Below are positions 54,601-64,000 of a stretch of DNA of 64,000 nucleotides, in pieces. The stretch is from Eledone cirrhosa. Taxonomy: Eukaryota. Position 1 is the stretch's first letter; each line of letters starts with the position of its first letter. The translations under genes and the position numbers were made by a program. Location: positions 40,610,001 through 40,674,000 of the forward strand of contig OZ024742.1 in the NCBI GenBank assembly GCA_964016885.1, in the 5' to 3' direction. The notes below the pieces were generated by a model. It was not told the DNA's origin. It saw only the letters and a program-made list of their open reading frames with translations, and ran no database searches.

Positions 54601-55221
54601 AGACTGTGGCTCACATTGTGTCCGAGTGTAAACACCTAGCCCAGACCCACTATAAGGGCTGGAGACACGATGTGATGGGCAGGGTGATCCACTGGCACCT
54701 GTGCAAAGTAAACAATCTACCACATTCTGAGAAATGGTATGAGCATAGGCCAGAGGCGGTGATGGAGAACAGTCAGGTGAAGGTGCTGTGGGATTTTAGG
54801 ATACAGACGGACAAAAAACTGGAACACAATAGACCTGACCTGGTGGTTGTGGACAAAGAAAAAAGATCGTGCCTGATTGTGGATGTGGCCTGCCCGTTCG
54901 ACACGAGAGTGCAAGAGAAGGAGAGGGAGAAAATTAACCGATACCGGGACCTAAAGTGGGAGGTGAAAAGGATTTGGAACTGCCATGAAGTCAAAGTGAT
55001 CCCGATTGTCATAGGCGCACTGGGGACTATCTCCAAAGGTTTCCAGGGATGGTTAAAGAAAATCGGCCCCTTCACGCTTTTTGGAACGCTTCAAAAGGCA
55101 TGCTTGCTTGGAACGGCAAGAACCCTCCGATACGTCCTGAATATCTGAGGCTGCAGGTAGTGGCTTGATATTCAATCCAACGGACTTTCCAGTTAACCAA
55201 CATCAATGACTGAGATTCAAG

Positions 55222-55222
<1 letters not shown>
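51689..55222 (+). mobile_element. Near-intact R4/Dong-type non-LTR retrotransposon (RT plus restriction-like endonuclease) in (TAA)n
   Basis: ORF to 55148: WKSPGPDG, YRPITCL, IDYRKAFD, GIFQGDSLSP, LFMDD, CRIC..H....C, RHD, RPDLVVVD..VDVACPFD..K. (AAT)n on both sides. Confidence 0.93.
51752..55148 (+). CDS. R4/Dong polyprotein (probable ATG 51752 with one frameshift near 51890-51899)
   Basis: METRTS...RTNWTKE in one frame continues as LNRTVMQCY in the long-ORF frame. The remainder is uninterrupted. Confidence 0.75.
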
Positions 55223-55258
<36 letters not shown>

Positions 55259-55259
<1 letters not shown>

Positions 55260-58200
55260 TTTTCTTTATTAACCACAAGGGTTCAAATAAAGTAGACATT
55301 AAGGACAGTACAGGACAATACAGGACGGTACAAATGGGCATTTCTGCGTGTAAAAAAACAGAGGTTGAAATAAAATAACAAAGAAAAATTCCCCAATAGG
55401 GGGGAGACTTCCAAGGGACATTTGTGGAGAAAGCCCATTAAAAGACCACAGTGGCCCTGACCACCAGGGCAAGTGCCCTCTCCCAGTTTTCCACCTTTAA
55501 TTTACAGACACATACTCAGAGAAGGCCCATTCATTCGGGCCATACTTGCTTCTCTCACCCATCTTTCAACAAAATGCTGGGAAGAGAGCACTTCCCTCTC
55601 TACCCTGATTTTCCTTTTCAAATGAAATTTGAAAAAGTTAATCAGGGCATCACCGAAGAGGTAAGTGCTCGTCTTCAGCCCTTTCAAACGTGTTCACCAT
55701 ACTATCTCTTTCGCCATGGCCACCAGACAGATAAAAACTGCCTGCCCTTCCAGGCTAAAGGAAGGGGGTGGGGCAATCCTCACGATGGACTCAGATGATA
55801 GCTGGATCCGTCCCACACGTGACAGCAGGTGTTCGACATAAACCCACAAGTCAGCAATGCTCGGACACTGGACGAGTGCGTGCAGGACGGTTTCGTCGCC
55901 CTGCGCGCATCTCGGACATGCCCGGTTGACGGCACCTCCATGCCTGTAGAGTTTATCCCGAACTGGCAAAGCTCCTCGGTAGCACTGCCAGGCCAGGGAT
56001 TTCTGGAAGTTGTCCATAGGCCCCGGCCCGAAAGTCCTTCCGAAGAGATTGGCTAGTTGATTTTCGTCGACGCCTAGAGTTTCTCCAAGTACGTCGTCGC
56101 TCTTCCCCTCCACTAATCCCCTATAGAACGCCAAGGTGGAGTTTCCACCGATCACATTGCCCGATTGGTCGAGGGCTGTGAGCGCCTGAAGACATTCCAG
56201 TCTCCAAGCGCTCCCTCTCGGTCTTCGCTTGACCCAGGACTGCAGCTCTGTCAAGGAGACGAGCTGGGGAAAAACGTGTCTTGCAAACGGCGACCACACC
56301 TGATCACCGTCGAGGAAGAGGTGGAGATGTCGTAGCCTGAGCGCGTGTCTGCGCATCATCAGCCACGGCATGCCCAGCCCTCCACGTAGCGGGTGTTGAC
56401 AGCAGATGGACCGCCTGACCATCGGAGCGCGTCCCTTCCACAAGAAGCGAAAGAGCAAACGCTCCAGCGCAGTCAGGCGGGGCTTAGGACAAGGTACGAC
56501 GGTCAGGCGGTAGTAGATGACGGATGCGATGTACGCATTCGCCACCTCCGCTCGACCTTTTAGGGATAGCTTCCTCTCGGCCCATTTCTGGGTGAGAGAA
56601 GCCACCCTGCTCGTCACCTCGTCCCAGTTTTTGTCCGTCTGGAGGTCTGGACCGAACCAGACCCCTAGCAATTTAACCGGTCCGTCCGTCCAGCGCCCGA
56701 CGACGCTGTTGGACGGCATGGACCTGCCTCTCCAGGTGCCGAGCTGCAGGCCCACTGACTTTTCCTGGTTGATCATTGCTCCTGTCACCGCTTCGTATTC
56801 TCTTAGTGTAGTGCCGATCGCCTCGATGTGTTTGGCGTTCGACACCACTACGGTGACATCGTCGGCATATGCTGACACGGATCTTCCGCATCCTAGTTCG
56901 CGTGGGACCCCCCTCAACGTCTCCAGTTTGTGCAGTAATGGCTCGAGAGTCAATACGTACAATAGGGACGAGAGGGGACATCCTTGGCGGACCGAGCGCA
57001 TGATGTTGAACGGTTCCGAAAGGTGACCGTTCACTCTCACTACAGAGCAGATGTCGCTGTGCATGGCAGCGATCCAGCCTCTGAAGACGGGCCCAAAGCC
57101 AGCCGCCCTCAGGACTGCCGCTAGGTAACGATGTTCGACCCTATCGAAGGCTTTCGACTGATCTAAATTGATCAAAGACCCACCCGTGCCAGGTTCCCTA
57201 GCTACCCTCTCTACGATGTATCGCATGAGGTGGAGGTTGTCGTGGATGGATCTGTCGGGAATGGCGCATGTCTGTGCCTCTCCCACCAGACCACCAACGA
57301 CAAGCGCCAACCTCTTTGCTAGCACCTTGGCCAAAATCTTGAACTCTGTGTTTAGCAGAGTTATGGGCCTAAAATTATCTATGTTATCCCCCTTGTTCAG
57401 ATCCTTTCTCAGCAGCGCCACCGCTCCTCGGCTCACAGAGCTGGGAATTCTCCCGTTCTGTTGCCAGTTGCAGTAGACGTCCGCCAAGAGGCCTCCGAAC
57501 AAGTTTGGCATTTGTACGTAAAGTTCATAGGGCAGACCATCCAAACCAGGCGATTTACCCCTTGTGCAACTAGTCATTGCATCCCGTACTTCAGCGGTTG
57601 TTATCGGCTTTTCGCAACACTCCGCCTCAGTGGCCGAAAGCCGCGGCAGTCCGTCGAGGTAGACACTAAAGTCCATCCCTCGATCCGGCCCGCCACTGCC
57701 CCCGAACAGTTGAGCGAAGTGTCGCTGAAAAGCTTCACACATTTGCCCGGGATCGAGTAGCATGCGCCCGTCGTGGTCCACCAAAGACCGGATCGTGGCT
57801 TTGTTGCCACGACGCGCCTCCGCCACTCGGGCCCATTGAACGGCTTTCGTCCCCTCGTGTCTGAGAGCACGCACCCTAGCTCTGACAACGCAGCCTTCGT
57901 GCTTTGCATTGAAGAATTGGTCAAGGGCCAATTTCGCCGCAAGTACGTCGGTCGCGATGCCTTTGCTAAGCGCCTCATCTAATTTTCTAACTAATTCTCC
58001 CTCTGCTCTATTTTTCTCTATTGCTAAAGTCTTACTAAACCTAATGGACTCTATTCTAATTGCTCTTTTCAGAGCAAACCACCACTTGTTGTTGACGATG
58101 GCCCCCGTCAACGCCCGCTTAACTAGTTCGCTAATCCGGTCTCTGTAGGCCTTGCGCGCTGGTAAGGACGCGTTTAACTTCCAGTAGCCGGGTCCTTGTC

Positions 58201-61147
58201 TATGGAGCCTATCTAAGTCAAGCACACAGATCACGAATTTGTGGTCCGTGTAGCTGACTATCTTGAATTGTGGACAGCCTATGCTAGACCTATCTATTTG
58301 CCTACAAAATACTCTATCTAGATATGATCTGGATGACCCTATGCGATTTGTCCAAGTCCACATTGGTACATTCGGGAAATCCATTCGGTACCTGTCAGAC
58401 AGTTCAAAACGTCTGAGCAGGTTGGTGAGACTCTTGCACCCTCCTTCTCTATCCACTAATCCCACACAATCCCAGCGTGCATCTAAGATCCCGTTCCAGT
58501 CGCCCACTAACACTAAAGAGCGGGACGTTCCAAGAAAGGTCTCCAGACGCCGGAAGAAATCAGGCCGCCCTGCTCCTGTCGGGGCATAGACGGCCACTAA
58601 CCTAAAAGCTTGCCCGTCTCCGCTGGTCACGTCCAGCACCACCAACTTACCTTCTGGGTCCAGGAAGATGGCCCGTATGGCAAGATCCAAACCTCTCCGA
58701 AAAAGCACAGCAACTCCTCCCTCCGATCCCGGACGGCTGGGAGATGCGTACACATCGTAGCCGCCGAAGATCGGTGCGAAAGCCTGTGCTTCGGAGATTC
58801 TGGTCTCGCTGATGGCCACTACATCTATGTTTTGTGACCTGAGGTCGTTGAGCAGGTGGCCCTGCTTCCATGACGACCCCAAGCCACGCGCATTTATGCT
58901 GCCTATTCTGAGTGAGGTCATGTTGAAAAAGAGTGGAAAAGATGGGAAAGACCACTTACCTTACTTCTCGTAGGGGAAGGACGGCTTTTCCATCCTTTTC
59001 ACTGCTTGTGGCCTCCTCAGGAAGGATGTCCTTATAAATCCTCCTGGAGAGTGCTTGTCGGAAGTCTCCGATGTCTTTGGGGAATTTTTGTTTTAGTGTC
59101 ATGTACGTTTTCTGTGTGATGTGAGTGATTTGTATGTGTGGAGGTGGTGTGAATTTTGGGGTTGTTGTGTAGTCTTTTTCTATGATGCTGGTGTTGTGTT
59201 GGATGTAGTGTAATAATTGCTTGTTGTTTAAATTTAATGCTGTGTAGTGTGTATCGTTTTGGTTGTTTTGTTTTGTTTGCGTTTGTTGTGGGTTTGTTTC
59301 TGTTTCGCATTTTGGTGACTTTTGTGGTGTAGGTGATGGTGGTGTTGGAGTTAATGATGGTGATGGTGTTGGTGTTTGGGTTGATGGGGTTGGTGATGCT
59401 GGTGTGGATGGTGGCATATCTGTCCTAACTTTTTTGTTTCTTAGTTTATTTGTTTCCCTCTGTATTTTGTTTTTGGAGGAGGAAGGAAGAGAATTTTTTC
59501 TTTTTTGGTTTCTTTTTTTTTTTCCGGATATCGTTTCCCACTCCTCGTCGTCACAATCTGTCTCCAGTTGTGATAGGCCGGGGAGTGGAAAATCCTCCAC
59601 AGCCGTTAGTTTTGGTTGTGGTGTGGTGGATGGTGTAGGCGCTGGTGCTAGTTCTGAAGCGTTGGGTGGTGGTGGTGTTGGTTTTGCTGGTGGTGGTAGT
59701 GGTGTTGGTTTTGCTACTGTTGCTGGGGTTGTTGCTGTTATAGTTGCTTCTGTTGTTGCTGCTACAGTTGTTGCTGGCATCTCTGCTACTGGTGGTGTTG
59801 ATGGTTGTGTCACTGGGGTGGGTAGGAGAGGTGGCCTCAACCTTTTAGCCTGAGGGCAGAAAGCCCTTAGGTGGGTTCCTTCACCACAAACGACACACCT
59901 AGGTCTTCTGCCCTCGACAATTACCGTGAGGTGGCTGCCGTCAGTGAGGTCTATTACTTCTGGGATCTCCTCAATGCTTTTTTGGTCCGCTTGGATCAGG
60001 AGCTCCATCCCAGATCCGGACCAGTTTTCCTGCTTTTCTTTTGCTATTGTTATTATTTTCGTGTTGGCCTCGATGCCGGCGAGGACAGCCGCTATTAGCC
60101 AGGGAATTTCGATGGCCGGTGGAACGTGGGTCACCCTGATCTTTACGAGCTCTGGCCACAATAGCTTGGGACGAGTGTGAAGTCGTCACTTTTTAATGGG
60201 GCCATGGAGTGTTCTCTAGCCTCCTCTGGTGTTTCAAAGAACACATCCACGGTTCCATACTTTTGCCCACGTCTGATGTGGGTTTTTCTTGCCCACACAT
60301 GTCCCAAAGCTTTTTGGATTTGGGACTCGGATGCCCGTTCCACTCGACGCGATTTTACATTTATTGTTCTATACGACACGGTGCACAGGCGCCGATGCTC
60401 CATTTTATTAGGTGGGGGGGTGAGGCTGACCCTGTACCCATCTTTCTTTACCATTTGTTTGGCATTTTCTAAATCTTCTTGAGTTACCGTGAACGCTTCG
60501 AATTGTTTTGCTACGATGGCGAAACTGAGGGTCGGTTTTATAATGTCATTGTTGTTGTTGTTGCTATCGTTAATATTAATTTTATTTTCAGTTGTGGTGG
60601 TGGTGGCGTCAGTCGTCTTTGGTGGGGAAGAGTCCATTTTGCTTGATTTCATTTCGACGTCACGAGTTAATTTATTTTTTTCTTCTTTTGTTTCTGTTGT
60701 CGCGGTGGTGGTGGTGGTGGTGGTTGTCGCGGTGGTGGTGGTGGTGGAGGGTTTAACACCTGCAGTCATTGGTAATGGCGGGAAATGAATGTCTGCCTGA
60801 GACAAATTTAAAATATTGCTACTGCTTATATTTTTTTTTGTGTTGGCAAACGTAGTAACATTTACAATGGTGGTGTCGGTGTGAGGTGTTATTTTGTGAG
60901 GAAGGCTTTCAGCTGCTTCGTGCAGAGGGGAATTAGCCATTTTTTTCAAAGAAATTTTTGGATAATAATAAAAGTTAAAATTTTGGGCACAAGGCCCCAA
61001 TCTTTTTGGGTGTCCTTTTCGGAAAACAATGTATGTGTGCTTATAAACAGTTTACAATAAAATTTTCCATAAATGGCAATTTTTAAACAAACGGAAATAA
61101 CAAACCTTTGCGGAGCTCACGATAATACGATTTCCTACGTAGGTCGC
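55259..61147 (-). mobile_element. Tx1 copy F, full-length, near-intact, in (TTA)n
   Basis: ORF1 ~60940-58956 (one frameshift near 60150; CVVCGEGTHLRAFC). ORF2 58921-55502 (one nonsense codon at 55694). AATAAA then (TTA)n. (TTA)n also at the 5' flank. Confidence 0.95.
55694..58921 (-). CDS. Tx1 ORF2: APE endonuclease plus reverse transcriptase plus CCHC (1075 aa, true end 55502)
   Basis: SINARGL, ISET, GDWN, SYLDR, TDH, QGCPLS, AYADD, CPRC..ETVLH...C. Confidence 0.92.
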   Translation of the reverse strand: MTSLRIGSINARGLGSSWKQGHLLNDLRSQNIDVVAISETRISEAQAFAPIFGGYDVYASPSRPGSEGGVAVLFRRGLDLAIRAIFLDPEGKLVVLDVTSGDGQAFRLVAVYAPTGAGRPDFFRRLETFLGTSRSLVLVGDWNGILDARWDCVGLVDREGGCKSLTNLLRRFELSDRYRMDFPNVPMWTWTNRIGSSRSYLDRVFCRQIDRSSIGCPQFKIVSYTDHKFVICVLDLDRLHRQGPGYWKLNASLPARKAYRDRISELVKRALTGAIVNNKWWFALKRAIRIESIRFSKTLAIEKNRAEGELVRKLDEALSKGIATDVLAAKLALDQFFNAKHEGCVVRARVRALRHEGTKAVQWARVAEARRGNKATIRSLVDHDGRMLLDPGQMCEAFQRHFAQLFGGSGGPDRGMDFSVYLDGLPRLSATEAECCEKPITTAEVRDAMTSCTRGKSPGLDGLPYELYVQMPNLFGGLLADVYCNWQQNGRIPSSVSRGAVALLRKDLNKGDNIDNFRPITLLNTEFKILAKVLAKRLALVVGGLVGEAQTCAIPDRSIHDNLHLMRYIVERVAREPGTGGSLINLDQSKAFDRVEHRYLAAVLRAAGFGPVFRGWIAAMHSDICSVVRVNGHLSEPFNIMRSVRQGCPLSSLLYVLTLEPLLHKLETLRGVPRELGCGRSVSAYADDVTVVVSNAKHIEAIGTTLREYEAVTGAMINQEKSVGLQLGTWRGRSMPSNSVVGRWTDGPVKLLGVWFGPDLQTDKNWDEVTSRVASLTQKWAERKLSLKGRAEVANAYIASVIYYRLTVVPCPKPRLTALERLLFRFLWKGRAPMVRRSICCQHPLRGGLGMPWLMMRRHALRLRHLHLFLDGDQVWSPFARHVFPQLVSLTELQSWVKRRPRGSAWRLECLQALTALDQSGNVIGGNSTLAFYRGLVEGKSDDVLGETLGVDENQLANLFGRTFGPGPMDNFQKSLAWQCYRGALPVRDKLYRHGGAVNRACPRCAQGDETVLHALVQCPSIADLWVYVEHLLSRVGRIQLSSESIVRIAPPPSFSLEGQAVFICLVAMAKEIVW

Positions 61148-61148
61148 C

Positions 61149-61187
<39 letters not shown>

Positions 61188-61220
61188 TAAAAAAAAAATT
61201 AAAATTAAAATAAAAAAAAG

Positions 61221-61261
<41 letters not shown>

Positions 61262-61431
61262 CATACATATATACATACACACATACATACACATACACAC
61301 ACATATACACACACATACATTAATAACAATAATTATAATAATAATAATAATAGCAATAATAATAATAACGACAACAACAATAATAATATACATATTCATA
61401 TATATACACACACACACGCACGCACATAAGC

Positions 61432-61481
<50 letters not shown>

Positions 61482-61483
<2 letters not shown>

Positions 61484-62888
61484 TAGCAACTAACAGTGCT
61501 GCGATCGAATGTGGCTTTTTAGCCCAGCCAATGATCTAAAATGTCTTGCACAGAGTCGGCAACCAAAACATTCACTGGGAATAGTCGGCTGTGGTTGGAG
61601 TTCGTGTACTTTTGCATGTCGCTTGAGCCCTCCTGCTGATTTACATTCTCTACCACATGTTTGGCAAGCATGATGAGTAGCATCTCCAACAGCAGCCTGG
61701 TAGTCAACCACTGGTCTTACTTTATGACTGCGAAGATGACTTTCGAGTCCAGCTTTGCTTAAGCAGAGTCTCGCACAGACGCTGCATGTCAGCACCATAG
61801 GAGGACCCTCGCCGTCTGGAAGTGCAACAGCAATGCCCTTCCTCACATCCCGCTTTACTTTCTCGTGTGCGATTCGAGATGCCTCAAAGGCAACTTTTCC
61901 CTCATATACAGTCTTTCTCCATTTATTACGATCAACAGCAATATTTTCCCATATATCAGCAGAGATGTTAGCGTCTTTCAGAGAGGCTTTCAAGGAATCC
62001 TTATACCTCTTTTTTGGTTTATGTGGCGGTCGTTTTCCTTTAACCAACTCTCCATAGAAGAGTTGTTTTGGTATTCTAGAATCCTTCATCCTGGCAAGGT
62101 GACCACTCCAACGGAGTCGTTGCTTAAGCATAAGAGCTTCTATACTGTCACACATAGAGCTTTCCAAAATCTCGACATCACTGATGTGGTCCCTCCAGTG
62201 AACGCCGTGGATCCGTCTGAGACACATCTGATGGAAACGCTCCAATTGCTTAAAGTGGTGTCGATATGTGACCCAGGTCTCGCAGGCATAAAGAAGACAA
62301 GAGAGTACACATGCCCTGTACACCTTTACCTTTGTCCTCCTGCATATGTCTCGCCGACCCCAGAGTCGCCTTTCTAGCTTTCCGAAAGCATCACTTGCTT
62401 TCCTAATCCTAAGTGAGATTTCACTGTCAAGGTTGCCGTATCGATTGACAGTGCTTCCCAGGTAGACAAACTGATCAACCACTCCAAGTCGTTTGCCATA
62501 CATATAGATGTTTGGTTCAGTGTACTTCTTACTAGGGGCAGGTTGGTACATGACGACGGTTTTCTTGAGACTGACAGTCAAACCCAGGGCAGTGCAAGCG
62601 TCAGAAAATGCATTCAAAATGTGCTGCATATCACTCTCTGTGTACGCTACAAGATCGCAATCATCTGCATACAAGAGGTCTCTTATGCTGGACGCGGCAC
62701 TACTGATATGATCTTCTCAGCCAGACAGCTCCAGGAGAAGTGCATTGAACAAGGCTTGGATCTGTATCAGGTTTTTGTCGATCTGACAAAGGCTTTCGAT
62801 ACTGTCAACAGAGATGCATTATGGAAGGTTCTCCAGAAACTTGGTTGCCCTGATAAGTTCTTTGCTTTAGTTAGGTCTTTCCATGACG

Positions 62889-62890
<2 letters not shown>
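61482..62890 (-). mobile_element. RTE/BovB-like LINE, 5'-truncated with inverted 5' segment and three C-terminal C2H2 fingers
   Basis: Minus ORF ~62684-61490: YADD, FVYLGS, RLRWSGHLARM..RIPKQLFYGEL. Plus strand ~62686-62890: GRGTTDMIFSARQLQEKC..FVDLTKAFDTVNR (upstream RT motifs). Confidence 0.9.
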
Positions 62891-62919
<29 letters not shown>

Positions 62920-63343
62920 CACATACATACATACATACACACATACACACATACATATATACACACATGCATACATACACACACTCATACACACACACAC
63001 ACACTCATACGCACATACGCACTCATACACACATGTACACATGCACACTCATACACACACACTCATACTAGAAATTATATACCACGTGGTAACTGAATCA
63101 AGTGAGGATTCAAATTGCTTCGGTGTTAGTTCGATATACCGCCATAAATACATATTCTAAAATATATCATATTTTCATTGTTATGGATTAGCAGTAACGG
63201 TAGAGGGTCGGCAAAGAATATTTCTAGGGCCTCAGCAGCGCATCAGGAGTTTTAGGTATGTTTTCCTGCTAGGTACGGGTATGTTCTTTGTAGAAATATT
63301 CAGATGTTGTTTCTGCATGATACACACACTCACACACACACAC

Positions 63344-63426
<83 letters not shown>

Positions 63427-63489
63427 GCAACGAAAGACTTATCCATTTAAAGCCCGAATAAAACAATTAAATGCACAATATCAGATTTA

Positions 63490-64000
63490 TTTAATCATTA
63501 ATGAAGTCACCATTCTCCTCTATGACCTCTCATCATCTGTCATTAAGCTTTTTAATGCCACGTTCTTTAGATTTTGAACTAAAAATAAAACTAACTCATT
63601 TCGACTTCTTCTCTTGAAGTACAAACTTCTAAAGAGATAGTAATCTGTTGGTACGATATTCCGGGGAATATTGGGGGTGAAGCTTAATTTCTCAGACATA
63701 TCTTTTTATGGGACTTTTGGTCTTTTGCGTCGTGTGAGGTCTGGCATTACCATGATGAATGGTGACTCTTTTTTTCTGTGTGTTAATGATGGGCGTTTTT
63801 GCTGCAAAGCTGCTTTCAAAGGTCTTAACTGTATGCAATAGACTTCGTCTGTTATTGTTTAATTATCGCCTCGCAGTTCGTGATCAATTATTCCCTGCAT
63901 ATCCCATCAAACACTCAGAAGAATCTTCCTTGGATGCAGGCCGCTTCTGGGCTGCTGAGCTGGATCTTCACCATGATGTTTTCACTTGTCATCTCCAGTA
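63490..64000 (-). mobile_element. Decayed mariner transposase, runs off the window
   Basis: Reverse strand gives TGDDK*, GLHPRKILLSV, HHGNARPH, HPQYSP..PTDYYLFRSL and RGIKKL across frameshifts. Confidence 0.85.

Overview
Eukaryotic, AT-rich, microsatellite-saturated DNA. It is probably cephalopod (octopus-like), but that is inferred only from the repeat landscape. No intact host gene is visible, and most long ORFs in the track are artefacts of (TA)n, (CA)n, (CCA)n or (CATA)n tracts. The window is dominated by retroelements that sort by microsatellite type. (1) A ~15 kb head-to-tail array of five L1/Tx1-clade LINEs (22.7-37.8 kb, minus strand) is joined through (TCTA)n tails and contains a captured eEF2-like exon plus intron. 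(2) A near-intact R4/Dong-type RLE element and a sixth Tx1 element sit tail-to-tail in (TAA)n (51.7-61.1 kb). (3) Many Penelope-like (PLE) stubs and fold-backs with type I hammerhead ribozyme motifs sit in (TA)n, including a two-hammerhead retrozyme candidate. (4) There are also RTE fragments (one 5'-inverted, with three C2H2 fingers), tRNA-derived SINEs, a Helitron/Helentron helicase followed in frame by a USP-like protease motif, a mariner relic and MITEs. The most striking unexplained signal is that all three full-length Tx1 elements carry a consensus splice donor 35-44 nt upstream of ORF2, and all six copies have an AG|G at or next to the ORF2 stop. ORF2 therefore looks as if it could be a removable intron.
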